Assembly (NCBI GenBank): GCA_965217865.1
Contig: CBDCJO010000002.1
Span: 480,001 to 544,000 of the forward strand
DNA from: Candidatus Latescibacterota bacterium
Lineage (GTDB): Bacteria; Latescibacterota; UBA2968; SICM01
Length of the DNA: 64,000 bases
Direction: 5' to 3'
Position 1 is the first letter of the stretch. Each line of letters starts with the position of its first letter. The position numbers and the translations under genes are program-made. Positions 52,466 through 63,893 of this stretch are shown here, piece by piece. The notes under the pieces were generated by a model. That model was given only the letters and a program-made list of their open reading frames with translations, was not told where the DNA came from and ran no database searches.

Positions 52466-53266
52466 TGTCGTGTCCCGCCAATAACTTCAAATAGTCGGTT
52501 AATCTTTTCGAGGATGGATTCTGCGGTGGCCGTCCACACAAAGGGCTTTGAATTTGAGTTGTAGTGATCGACGAATTTCTTGATGTTATTGATCAAATCT
52601 TTCACGCTACGAAAGGAACCCCGGCGGATTGCCTTTTGTGTAATGATGTTGAACCATATCTCGACTTGGTTTAGCCAGGACGCGTAAGTGGGTGTATAGT
52701 GGACCTGATATCTTGACCGGGCTGCAAGCCATTGTTTGACTTTAGGGTGCTTGTGCGTGCCATAGTTGTCCAAGACCAGGTGAGGATCGAGATCCTCCGG
52801 GACGTTTGCCTCGATGTGTTTTAGGAATTGAAGGAATTCCTGATGACGGTGTCTCGGTTTGCATTGTGTTAACACTTTTCCCGAGGCGATCTCTATAGCA
52901 GCAAACAGCGTCGTGGTCCCGTGCCTGATGTAGTTGTGAGTTATGCCTTCGACGTAACCCAAACCCAGTGGCAGAATCGGTTGCGTTCTATCTAATGCCT
53001 GGACCTGGCTTTTCTCGTCCACACAGAGCACCATAGCGTTGTCTGGTGGGTTGAGGTAGAGTCCGACAACGTCCCTGACCTTCTCTACAAAGAAGGGATC
53101 GTTTGAGAGTTTGAAATGTTTCTGTCGATGAGGTTGAAGTCCAAAGGCTCGTGAGTCCGATATCACTCATCAGCATGATCTTCGCACGGCGCACCAAAGA
53201 ATGGGGTAAGATCCGCGAACCAGATATCGCCTTCAATTCACTTCGGACTTCATCACTAAGGTTCAA
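52462..53266 (-). mobile_element. IS630-family transposase with internal deletion
   Basis: FKLSNDPFFVEKVRDVVGLYLNPP, VDEKSQ, YIRHGTTTLFAA, LDNYGTHK, TPTYASWLNQVE; N-terminal shard LVRRAKIML joined out of register. Confidence 0.9.
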
Positions 53267-54093
53267 TGCAGCAGAACCGGCACGGTGGCGTTGCCCTCAC
53301 GCAAGATCGCCTGCTTGCTTTCCCACCCCTCGTCCAGCCAGGAAGAATGGAACTTGATGTCGTCAACCACTTCCGGCATTTCGTCGAGAGTATTCTTGAG
53401 ATCGCGTTGGGAGAGAGTTCGACGTTTTTCGGCGAGTTTTTTGACGGAATCGTGGGCTGCTTTGAGGTCCGCGCGGCGGTACGGGCGTCCGTCCATGCCG
53501 TCGTAGTCATAGACCAAGCAATGGGAACCATCTCGATTTTCCAAACGGCGGTTCAACCGTCCCATCCGTTGCATCAGGGCCGGAAACGGCGGGAGGGCGG
53601 TCACCAGCAAGTCCGCGCTGATGTCCAGGGACATTTCGCATACCTGCGTCGTCACCGCCAAACATGGCGATTCGTCCTTTCCAAAGGCCGTCCGTATCTC
53701 GTTTTGACGGTCCACGCGGTGGTGATAGCAAAATCGGCTGTGAAACAGAGTACGTTTCACGTCGTCGCCTAACTTCTCCGCCTCGTCATAAATGCGGACG
53801 GCATCGGCAACGGTGTTGCACACCCACAACACCTTGTCGCCGTTGTCCAGCGCGCTCTTGACAGCTCTCCAGTATTCATCCGGAATCGAAGCGCTCTCTT
53901 TGTTTGTCGTTGCGGACTCCCGCTTATCAATCCATTCCAGGCGATACCGGCCTGCCTTTTCCGCTGCGTCATCGCCAGAAATCAGTTCGTAGTCCACGCC
54001 CGCCGACTTCAACGCTTCGCGACGAGACGGTTGCAACGATGCTGTCATCAGCAGTACGGGGACTTGTGGGAAAGTTCTCAGGAACCGCACCAA
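53267..54093 (-). pseudogene. cas3: Cas3 helicase, C-terminal fragment
   Basis: LLMTASL, VLWVCNTVADA, LFHSRF, VTTQVCEMSLDISADLL, QRMGRLNR. Confidence 0.85.
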
Positions 54094-54094
54094 A

Positions 54095-54565
54095 GAGCTC
54101 GGTGCTGAAGCCGTTGATCATCTTCCTGAGCCGGATCGTCTTGAGCTTCTGCGTCCCGAGGTTCTTGATCACAGGCAGCAGGAACTCGATACGGTCATCA
54201 TTGGTGGGCAGCCCCTCCTCGTCGAGGAAGTCGCGGAACTGCGCCATGTAGTTGGCATGGATGCCGAAGATGCCGAGTGTCTCGAGGACGCCGATGTGTT
54301 TGGGCCGGTCGACACTAGTTGGAAGATCCGTCTTGCCGCTGCGTTTGAGACTCAGATCGAAGCCTTTGAGCCGGACCCCTTGCCCGAAGAGCTGGATGAT
54401 CTGCGCTCCTTCCTCCTTGCCCACGTTCATCAGGCCCATCGTCGAGACGCGCCAACTGCTCCAGCCCTCGGTGAACTTCTTCGAGCCGATCAGCAGATGC
54501 ACCGTCGAATGCGGCTGGTTGATCTCGTGGAAGAGCGACCCCGAAAACTCGCGCTCGCCCGTGGC
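54095..54565 (-). pseudogene. Type III restriction (Res) subunit, internal fragment
   Basis: [26 protein letters not shown]....[14 protein letters not shown]...[14 protein letters not shown]. Confidence 0.75.
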
Positions 54566-54911
54566 AAGGCCGTGCTCCCTGCACAAAGCGTGACATCGTA
54601 CCATCCATGTCACGCTTTGAAGGGGGAGATATGTGCGCGTTCGGCTTGGAAACATCGTCCGAGTCGTCCTCCAGGTAGCTATCCCATGCAGAGAAGAACG
54701 CTTCCCACAGGTAGCCCTTTCCCCTTGCCGGCCCATCCAGACCACGCAGATATTGATATGACCCAGGGAGTCCGAGAGCAATCCGCCGATGGCGGGACCG
54801 CAACGACGTTCCAGCCGAGATCCTCAAGACAGACTCCGTGCGTGCAGGATATGCGACCTTGCCTGGTCCGTGGCATCAACCCGGCTACCCGGAGGTCTCG
54901 TCATCATCATA

Positions 54912-57807
54912 TTTCTTGAAGGTCTTGCGCGAGATCTGGGAGGAGCGTGGTTTCGAAGGCGTGAGCATTTTACTCCAGAAAAGTGAGATGATGGCAAGCC
55001 TCGTCGGCGGACTCATGACAGGAATTTTGACGGGGCGGTGCGAAGCGTCCGAGTTCGTTAAATCGTGCCTTCACGCAACGGATGCCGATAACGAATCCGC
55101 GTACAAGCCCTGCCTCACCGGATTTTTATGGAAGGCCGACTATCTTTTGTCTGAGATCGCCCGAAAAAACGGGGGCAAGGTCGAAGCAAGATCCTGGTTG
55201 CCTGTAGGGTTGAGAAGGGATACATATTTTGGGATATCCCTGACCTCACAGGAGGAGTAAAGATGGAGCAACTGTCCTCAAACAGTGACCCGGTCAAGAA
55301 GCGCAGGAGCTTGTCCCCGGAACAGAAGTATGAGATTTTCCTTGAAGCCAGCTGGGGAGATGTTCCCATTGCACAGGTGCTGCGGAAATGGGGCATTCAT
55401 TCCTCGGATCTAAAGCGTATTCGTGAGTCGGTCAAGTCCGGGGCCCTCAAGGAGTTCAAGGGTCGCCGGAGCCGCAAGCCGATGGTATCGGCTGAGGAGG
55501 TGGAGCAGCTGCGCAAAGAGCGGGCACGCCTGGAGCAAACGATCATTGAGCAATCTGTGGAACTTTCCCTGCTAAAAAAAAGTGTGAATGGGATCTGACA
55601 GGCCCGATCAAGGGCCACCGGGTGCAAGCTGAGGTCAAACGCGAGATCCTCTTAATGGTCCATCGGGCCAAGGAGAAAGGGGTGAAACTCACCCGTTCTT
55701 GCGAGATCCTACAGCTTCCCCTCCAGCGGTATTGTGCCTGGAGCCGGCGAGATCGAGAAGAGAAGCTGGATGGGGTGTCGGACCCGCTTTTGGATGGGAA
55801 GCCCGGGCCCGCCCCTGATGAGGCCCCACACGGATTGCTGAGGGAGGAGAAAGAGCAAATCCCGGCCCTCTTAAGGGATGAGACCTATGCCGATCTGCCT
55901 CCCCATCAGCTGGCGGTGGTAGCCTCAGAGAAGGGGGTAGTGCAGGCCTCGGCCTCCAGCTTCTACCGACAGGCCAGGAAAGAACGTCTGGCACGCAGGA
56001 AACAGGTGAGGACGCCGGTCAAGCAGAGCAAGCCCCAGGTCAAACCTGAAGGTCCTAATCAGGTCTGGAGCTGGGACCTGACCTACATCCCATTTTTCGG
56101 TTTGTTCCTGTATTTTACCGCCATTCTCGACGTGTATTCCAGGAAGATCGTAGGATGGAAGCTCTCCTTCAACGCGACCGTGGAGCAGGTCAAACAGGCC
56201 TGGGATCAAGCCCTTGCCAACGAAGGACTGCTGGACCTGGACACTGGGCCCATAAGCTTGACAGCCCTCTCAGATCACGGATCTCAGATGAAGGCCAAAT
56301 CGATGGCCCAATTCTTCAAGGACCTGGGCATCTCGCAGCTGTTTGCCCGATATCAAACACCCACGGACAACGCCTGGATCGAAGCCTTTTTCCGGACATT
56401 CAAATACGACTGGCTGCGCTTCCAGGACATCTTCACATTCCATCAACTGGAAGGCCTGATTGATTCCTTCATTCACAGCTACAACGCCGAACGCTATCAC
56501 GGGGCAATACAGTATGTCACGCCTCTTCAGAGGCATAAAGGCCAGCATCAAAAGATTCTTCACCACCGACAAGGTCGAAAGGAGGAGGCTCGGCAGCGCC
56601 GCATAGAAATCAATCGGCAAAGAACATCCCAGACCATCCACAAGGCTGCCTGAATCTTGCTTGGACCTTTATCTGCTTTTCTCTTGTTATCTCAGAATAG
56701 ATACACGACCCCGACCTTGTCGCCGCGCTTATCGCTGACACCGAGCGCTCTTGCGAGCCCATCGCCTTGACCACGCTGTTTCTGTGCATGCCGTTCAGGG
56801 CTACGACCTGGCGCCGGCTCGACAACAAACCATCCGACTTTCGGGACACGTACTGGGAAAGGGTGGAACCTCGAACTTGGAGAGGCGAACATGGAAAAGA
56901 AGAAATCAACGAATCCATCCGGAGATTGCTTGCTGTGGACCGTGCCCCGGCCGCTTTTCGTGCGGCCCTCGTAGCGTGGGATCAGGTCGAGACATCGCTG
57001 CTGACACGGCTGCTCCATGCCTTGCCTGCCGCCGATTCGGATGATTTTTTGAATGATCCCATGATCGACGACTATAACATCTCGATGGCGTTCGATGCAC
57101 TCGACAAGCGGCCCGGCGTTACAGTCGAGGAAAAAGCCCGACTCGAGTACGCCCATTTTACGCTACTCGACCGAAGTGAACATGGCATTCCCAATATCGA
57201 GAAACACATCGCCGCGTCGCCCGAACTCTACTCGCTGGCGGTCGCATATGTATTCAAACGCGAGGATCGTGGAAAGGACCTGCCTGAATTAAGGTTTGGC
57301 GATCCCGAGCGGCATTTTGCCATCGCCAGTGCAGTTCATAGGCTTCTCGACCGAATTTGCCGCATCCCTGGCACCGACAGGAAGGGAAACATTAATGCCG
57401 AGGAATTGAAGGCTTGGCTCGGCCAAGTTCGCTCATGGTGTGCACGGCACGACCGCGCCAAAATCGGCGATGTAATGATTGGCCAGTTTTTGGCTCGCGC
57501 CACGGCAGGCGATGACGGTGTCTGGCCGTGCCGGCCAGTTTGCGAAGCACTGGAATGGATGGCCTCCGAGGAAGCCGCCCGCGGCTTCGTGGTCGGCGCG
57601 GGGAATCGTCGAGGCGTCCATTATAGAGACGAAGACGGCGATCAGGAACGCGATCTGGCGGCGCGCTACCGCAGCTGGGCCCATAAGCTTGCCTACGACT
57701 ACCCCTATGTCGCTGCCGTGCTGGAGCGTATCGCCGCCGTGTACGACCAAGAAGCAGGATGGCAAGACACCGAATCGGACGTCAGACAGCGATTGTCATT
57801 TCTGTAG
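54912..57807 (+). pseudogene. 3' portion of a large hypothetical (probably defence/TA-associated) gene interrupted by IS3-like copy 2
   Basis: Removing 55141-56709 restores LTGFLWKAD|PDLVAALIADTERSCEPIALTTLF...; C-terminus NRRGVH...GDQERDLAARYRSWA. Confidence 0.7.
55141..56705 (+). mobile_element. IS3-like element copy 2 (orfA 55263-55598, orfB 55622-56653)
   Basis: 4-bp TSD CGAC (55137-55140 / 56706-56709); A8G slippery site 55574-55582 links orfA to orfB in the -1 frame; long imperfect IRs. Confidence 0.92.
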
Positions 57808-58252
57808 GGCAGCAGACTTGGGGCTGCCGGTCGCCGGATTATCCGCTTGCTTCGGATGGGTGTCGCCCACCACCCCTCACGGGTGCTCCGCCCTTGATCG
57901 CCCGACGCGCTCAACTGAAAGACGGGAGCGGATTCGAGACAATCCTATTGACCGACTGGCTAGACCTTATGTATTGACGGGTATATGAAGGAACCTCCTC
58001 CGATCTCGGTTCTCGGGGGTTATCTTTGGAAAAACGCAGTTCAACCAAAGACCTATCCCCAGCGAGAAGGACGAACTGGAAAGCGCCGAGGCTGTATGGA
58101 ACGATGCCCTCCACGGGCGAAGCGTTGGCCAAGCTGGCCGACCCGTCGGCGTCGTTGCGGTTTTGCTACGAGGCCGGCGGGGGAACAGCATGTCAAACCT
58201 ATTGATTCTTGTGAAGATGTCTCTATTAGAGGTGTTGAGTTACTTTATATAA

Positions 58253-58492
58253 GTGATGGTCCGCTTTCGTCACAAGGGTCTCCAGCTTCTCTATGAGAAG
58301 GGGGAGCCGCAACTGGCGCGTCGTATTCCGTTTCGAGGGCGTGCGTGTCTGCGACGTGGATTTGAATCGATTACCACCAGGAGGACCCTGATATGGCGAT
58401 GAAGAATCTACCCCATCCGGGCCTGTCCGTCCGTCACGACTGCCTGGAGCCGCTGGGACTCAGCGTGCACGGACGCCGCAAAGAAGCTCGGG
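58253..58492 (+). pseudogene. higB-higA toxin-antitoxin remnant
   Basis: RFRHKGLQLLYEKG / NWRVVFRFEG / DYH, then MAMKNLPHPGLSVRHDCLEPLGLSV; deleted and frameshifted. Confidence 0.75.
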
Positions 58493-58496
58493 AGGA

Positions 58497-59552
58497 ATGA
58501 GAATGAGAAAGTCTGTCTACGTGATACTGTCGGTTCTGATCGCCGGGATAGCATCGGCGAGGCCCAAGCCGATCGAGATACCGGAAGGTTACGAGCACGA
58601 CAAGTGGAACACCGCACCTGACGATGCTATTCGTAAATTCGGGGCATTCACGAGTTCGTTCGACACTGACGACGACGACACGGGCGATGGCGTAAAGGAT
58701 CTCTGGGGTATTCCCCAGTGGGTCGCCTACCACATGAAAGCGTTTCGAGGCTCGCCGGATACTGAGAACCGGCCGGCTTGGTTCACCGACAACGGACTAA
58801 AGAACCAGGGTTTCGCCCCAACGGACGATACCTATAAATACTCGAAGGCTTTTCGAAAAGCCCATCCCAACTGGTACGTCCGCGGCCACCTCTGCATGAA
58901 GCTGCACGCTGCAAGGATCAGCCCCGAGGCCGAATGGAACACCTATACGATGCTGAACGCTGTGCCCCAGCGCCAGGAGTTCAATGCCGGTATCTGGCTG
59001 GATCTCGAGCACAAGACGGCAGATTGGGCTGATCTGTACGGCGAAGTTTGGATCATCGCAGGGCCGGTCGTCGGCCTGGATGAGCCGCCTGCTCTTCTGG
59101 GGGAACCGGACAAAGACGAGATGCTCATCGCCATCCCTGACGCGCTGTTCAAGATTGTCGTGCGCAGTTCTTCAGATGATCACCGTCCGGACGTTCTGGC
59201 CTTCATCTACCCACAGCAGGACGATGGTTATGATGACGGCCCTTACGATCACACCAAATACCTGGTCGGCGTTGACGACATCGAGGCTGCGACGGGCCTC
59301 GATTTCTTCACCAGCCTGTCTGGGGCTGACCAGATAGCAATCGAACGAAAGTTGGCCACGGGTCTTTGGGAGAAGATCAACATCAACACGGCAACCGCCA
59401 ACCAGATCGAAACCATCGACGGAATCGGGGGAATCCTGGCCATGAGGATTATCGAAGGCAGGCCATACAAAACTATCGAAGAGTTTCTAAATGTGAGAGG
59501 CATCGGACCGGCAAAACTGAATGCCATCCGGCCGCACGTAACCACAGACTAG
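58497..59552 (+). CDS. Secreted DNA/RNA non-specific endonuclease with C-terminal ComEA-like HhH domain
   Basis: Signal peptide; RGHL, NAVPQRQEFNAGIWLDLE, IPDALFKIV, IEAATGLDFF; ININTAT...IDGIG...VRGIGP. Confidence 0.88.
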   Translation: MRMRKSVYVILSVLIAGIASARPKPIEIPEGYEHDKWNTAPDDAIRKFGAFTSSFDTDDDDTGDGVKDLWGIPQWVAYHMKAFRGSPDTENRPAWFTDNGLKNQGFAPTDDTYKYSKAFRKAHPNWYVRGHLCMKLHAARISPEAEWNTYTMLNAVPQRQEFNAGIWLDLEHKTADWADLYGEVWIIAGPVVGLDEPPALLGEPDKDEMLIAIPDALFKIVVRSSSDDHRPDVLAFIYPQQDDGYDDGPYDHTKYLVGVDDIEAATGLDFFTSLSGADQIAIERKLATGLWEKININTATANQIETIDGIGGILAMRIIEGRPYKTIEEFLNVRGIGPAKLNAIRPHVTTD

Positions 59553-59648
59553 TACCAACCTGCGGAAATTCGCGTAATCTGATTTCCTAGCAAAAACAGG
59601 ATGTTAAGGGCGGATTTGCACGCATAAACTTGCGCAGCTAAGTACTAG
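59549..59648 (-). mobile_element. 100-bp CTAG-flanked MITE, copy 4 (inverted)
   Basis: Reverse complement of copy 1; its CTAG includes the nuclease TAG stop. Confidence 0.9.
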
Positions 59649-59718
59649 CACTTACTCTCTAAAGAGGGTGCGATCCATGGAGAGCTAATATCGAGTTGGT
59701 GGGCCGGGTGAGTTTCTT

Positions 59719-60010
59719 TCAGAGCACCTCTTTGCGGCCATCACGCATCGCGCCGATGACCACCAACAGGGCTGCTTTCTCCTTCTCCAGCCCCGCTTTG
59801 ACATAGATGCCATCGGCCCAGGCGTAGACAGGCTCCCGATCATCCAGCCTGCGGCTGCGCCAAGTCTGGTGTTCGATTTCCCACCTGGCTGTCAGACGGG
59901 AAATCGACGATGGTGAAAGGGGCGCCTCTTCTCCGAGCAGACCGCGCAAAGCCAACTCAAAGTCTCCCAGGGACAGACCGTGAAGATACAGCTCGGGAAG
60001 CAAGTCCCCG
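59719..60010 (-). mobile_element. IS256-family transposase, internal fragment
   Basis: LYLHGLSLGDF, YAWADGIY, LVVIGAMRDGRKEVL. Confidence 0.85.
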
Positions 60011-60049
60011 ACCTGCTTGGTACGCCGGGCAAACAGCGGCAGTACCCGG

Positions 60050-60300
60050 CTTTCAAACGGCGCGGCACCACTTCACCCAGGCCGACCAAGTGAACCAGCT
60101 TGGCGGAAGCCGATCTCGGCTTCATGGCGCGGTTGCTGGCGCTGTACAGCCTGCCCCGCACCAACCCCGGCAACCGGCACCAGTACAAGCGGCAGAACGG
60201 CCCGTACAAGCTGGCCATGGTTGCGGGCACTGATAACAAACTCCCCTTTGGGAACATCTCCCGATTGCTGATGACTTGGCTCTCGACCGAAGCGGTGTAT
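60050..60300 (+). pseudogene. Plasmid RepA (RepA_C-type) N-terminal fragment
   Basis: LGFMARLLALYSLPRTNPG...RQNGPYKL...KLPFGNISRLLMTWLSTEAV. Confidence 0.7.
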
Positions 60301-60309
60301 CGAGCACCG

Positions 60310-60680
60310 AGCCGTAAACACGCCCTGACGACCTGTGATCGATTCTGCGAACTCTACCAGGTCAGATATCCGAAGGCCTGCGAGTGCCTGACCAAGGGCA
60401 GGGAAGTGCTTTTCATCTGCGCAGCACCAATCCGATTGAATCAACCTTCGCTACGGTGAGACACAGGACCCGTCAAACCAAAGGATGCAGATCGGTTAAT
60501 GCCACGATGGCAATGGTCTATAAGCTGGCTCTCGAAGCTGAGAAATCGTGGCTCGGATTGCGAGGATCAAACCTGATACAGCTGGTCTTGGATGGCGCCC
60601 TGTTCGAAGATGGCGACCTGAAAAGGGCTGCCTGATCCATCGGATACGCTCGCCCTCATCACAACATTTGACAATATCTC
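60310..60680 (+). mobile_element. IS256-family 3' fragment with right end
   Basis: HLRSTNPIESTFATVRHRT; ends ACAACATTTGACAATATCTC. Confidence 0.85.
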
Positions 60681-60753
60681 GCGGGACGGCAGCCGCCGGC
60701 AACGTTGACCGTTATACGGCATATGCAGCACCAACACAGTGGGAATGTGGAAA

Positions 60754-62090
60754 TGCCATCCGAAGACAGAACAGGCAAGGTCATTCAAGAAACGATGCAG
60801 CGTTACAGCCTCGCTGAGAACCAAGCTTTGGAAAAGGACTTCGCAGGGCGTGACTTACTACCGACCAGAACCACTAAGAAATTGGCCTTTCTCGTTGCCG
60901 CTTACAAGCGCGAAGCCACTATAGATCAGCTGAAGGTAATTAGCGACCAACCTGCCGGCATAGTCCGAGCCCTTAGGCGAGATGGTTTCGAATTTCAAGA
61001 TGATGGTAGGCCGAATCCCAACTACCAGTACACGAATCCAAACGGAGAAACCTGCCGGAAGATTATCGGCTATAGCCCACCATCGCTGCCGCTCCAAAGA
61101 TGGACAAAGGAGCTTGTAGCAAAATCTATCGCTGCCGCGGTCTCTTCAATTGAGATATACAACAAGCCTGACTTCCACTATCGGGAAGAGACATTCTCCC
61201 TTCTTCTTGTCAACGCGTGGGAACTCTTGGCCAAGGCTCGGATATTGCAGAAGAGCGGTGGGAAGCTGAGATCTATTTGCGTCGAGGACGCCAAAGGACA
61301 ACTGAAGAAAGGCCGATCCGGAAATCCGCTAACCCTTGAACTCCTATCTGCTTCGAGAAAACTCGTCGCAGATGAAGACATGGATTTCAAGTGCAAAGCA
61401 AACCTGGACCTGCTGACTGAGATTCGAGACAACGCAGTCCACTTCATTAACAAGGGTCTTGACTTTGCTAAGAGGATCCAAGAGATAGGTGCAGCAGGCC
61501 TTAGAAACTACGTCTCTGCATCCTCAGAATGGTTCGGTATTGATCTTTCCAGGTACAATTTTTATCTAATGCCTATGACCTTCCATCCTCCTGCTGAACT
61601 GGTAAGCTCGGCTCCAAAGCTTAACCACCGTATGCAGAATCTAGTAAACCATCTTCTCGAGGTCGAGGCCAAGTGTCCTCCAGATGAGAACGCGCTGTAT
61701 TCCGTTGCTCTCTCGATCGAAACGAAGTTCACAAGGTCTTCGTCAGTCGCCGCCGTTGACGTTCGGTGGACTAACAAGGAAGACGCTCCCGCTGTTAGGA
61801 TGACAGAGGAAAACAGGATTCAACGGCTGTTTCCTCTGACCCATCGTGATGTTGTCAGCCGTTGCCGCTCGAAATACGGAAACTTTAAACAGAATCAGAG
61901 GTTCAACGACATAATGAAGTCTGTGGAAGATTCAGAGCAGCATGGCGAGAGGTACTGCACGCTCCGGTATCTTGATCCGTTCAACAAGAAGAGCGGTGTG
62001 AAAAAGTACTATAGTCCTGAGATATTCAAAGTATTGAACACGAAATACACGCCGCGCAGACAAGAACCACAGGAGGGGAGAAAGCGCTGA
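60754..62090 (+). CDS. DUF3644 domain protein (HEPN-like RxxxxH) with N-terminal extension
   Basis: IEIYNKPDFHYREETFSLLLVNAWELLAKA, EIRDNAVHF, RYLDP...KKYYS; start uncertain. Confidence 0.8.
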
Positions 62091-62258
62091 TCCTTTTGGC
62101 GCCATTGCAAGCAAACCGCAGCCGCGTTGAATCTCATTATTTGAGATGGGTGGCGGGTCAAGTGCCGAAGTCCACCCGCCTTGACGACTTGATGAGCCTT
62201 TCGAAAGGACTATGTACATCCAAACGAAGGCTTCGCATAAACGAGACTCTGCTTTGAC

Positions 62259-63236
62259 ATGATTCACATCCACCGAAGATTCGTTCTACAGCTTGAAGGA
62301 TTTGTCATGGTTGCGGTAGGCCTGTCCGCCGCAGTGATGGCACCGCTTGAATTCTCTCTCTTCAAGGATATCACGAAGGACCTTGTCGGATTCGGCTACC
62401 TTGGCTTTGCGGCGCATTCAGGCCAGATTTTTGGCTTTTATCTGGTTGCCCTTGTGCTTATTCCACTTGGGTACGGTCATCTTCTTCTAAGATCCTGGAC
62501 ACACAAACTCAGCTTAACGGCCCTGTGGTCGTGGCTCATATTAGGTATTCCATGTATGGCATTGGTGATGTACATCTTTGTCGCCTACAAGGATCCCACA
62601 GATTTTGCCACGCTAGTTTTTGGTGCATTTACTCTATTCATTTATCCGGTTCTGCCTTTTGCACTCGTTCTGTTCTATCGTAGTTCAGAGACGCAAGCAC
62701 AGTTTCATAAGCCCACAAACCATCTCACTTGGATTGAGACAGCGCCACAGCCGGTGCTAATCCTTGGCTCAGTCGTGACCTTTTATGTCTTTGCCTTTCA
62801 CTCACCCCTTTTTCTGAACGGGGTTGTTCCGTTTGGATGTGGCTTTCTATCGGGCCTCGGAGGCTACGCCCTCGCAGCTACAGCGATTCTGGGATTGTCA
62901 TTCGTTGCGTTGGGATTGTTCAATCAACGCCGTTGGGCATGGTTCGGTGGGGTTGCATGTTTTACTACGATGGCAGTGGACTTCCCCCTCGCGTTCTTGT
63001 GTTCTAGTTCGACAGGGTTCCTCCGACAGCTTGGCGTGTCGGATTTGGACGAGTCCTTGGTCGAGCTACAATTTCCAAGTGAACAGATCGCACTACTTCT
63101 AGCACTTCCAACAGTGAGCGCTCTGTTTACATTGTTGTTTAACCGTCGATATTTTGATCGGGTTGCGACAAAGGCGGAGCTTTGGATGGGTCTGCTGACC
63201 TTGGTGATTCTTGTTCGCCTTTGGTCTAAAGTCTGA
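62259..63236 (+). CDS. Multi-pass membrane protein, hypothetical
   Basis: About 9 hydrophobic segments in a 325-aa ORF. Confidence 0.7.
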   Translation: MIHIHRRFVLQLEGFVMVAVGLSAAVMAPLEFSLFKDITKDLVGFGYLGFAAHSGQIFGFYLVALVLIPLGYGHLLLRSWTHKLSLTALWSWLILGIPCMALVMYIFVAYKDPTDFATLVFGAFTLFIYPVLPFALVLFYRSSETQAQFHKPTNHLTWIETAPQPVLILGSVVTFYVFAFHSPLFLNGVVPFGCGFLSGLGGYALAATAILGLSFVALGLFNQRRWAWFGGVACFTTMAVDFPLAFLCSSSTGFLRQLGVSDLDESLVELQFPSEQIALLLALPTVSALFTLLFNRRYFDRVATKAELWMGLLTLVILVRLWSKV

Positions 63237-63658
63237 CTTTAGGGACACTGTATATGCACCAGCGCATAACACCGAGTGCCCGCCTCCGCTTCGCTCCGAA
63301 AAGGACCAATCCGCAAGGCATCATCTATCACGCTTTAGAGGTCCTATGAAAATCGATCAACAACCGAATAAAACCCTGAATTATCCCGAAACCCCTCGCA
63401 AAGATGATGGAGACACTTTGCACGAGGTATACGTTGGAGTTACCCCGTTTTGGTGGACGGTTTAGGATTTGGGGTTCAAAGCCCTTCTTTCGTAGTGATC
63501 GGTGAGAGATAATCTATCGCAGAGTGTCGACGATGGGGGTTATAACACCCCTCGATATACGTGAAGATCTCCAGTTTGGCTTCTTTGTGTGTGCCGAAGG
63601 AACGTCTGTCGAGGAGCTCACATTCGAGATTGGCAAAATAGATTCACATATTGCGTTG

Positions 63659-63741
63659 TCATAACAGGCTCCAGCAGACCCGACCACCCGACCGAAGGGC
63701 CGGCCCCATCGGCCTGCCGCTGACCCGCCGCCGGGTTGGCG
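63659..63741 (+). other. Integron attC site (plus strand)
   Basis: TCATAAC aggctccagcagac ... gccgctgacccgccgccgg GTTGGCG. Confidence 0.6.
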
Positions 63742-63893
63742 AGATCAGTGACAGCGTGATGAAGGCGCGAGCAGAGGAGGTTGCAGGCAGCGCTGATGCA
63801 GCCAGGGATCGATGAAGGGGCGCTCTCGCGGTTTGCCGAGATGGTTTTGGGCCGGGCGGAACGGTGCGCGCTGACGGTTCGGAGGTGATTCGC

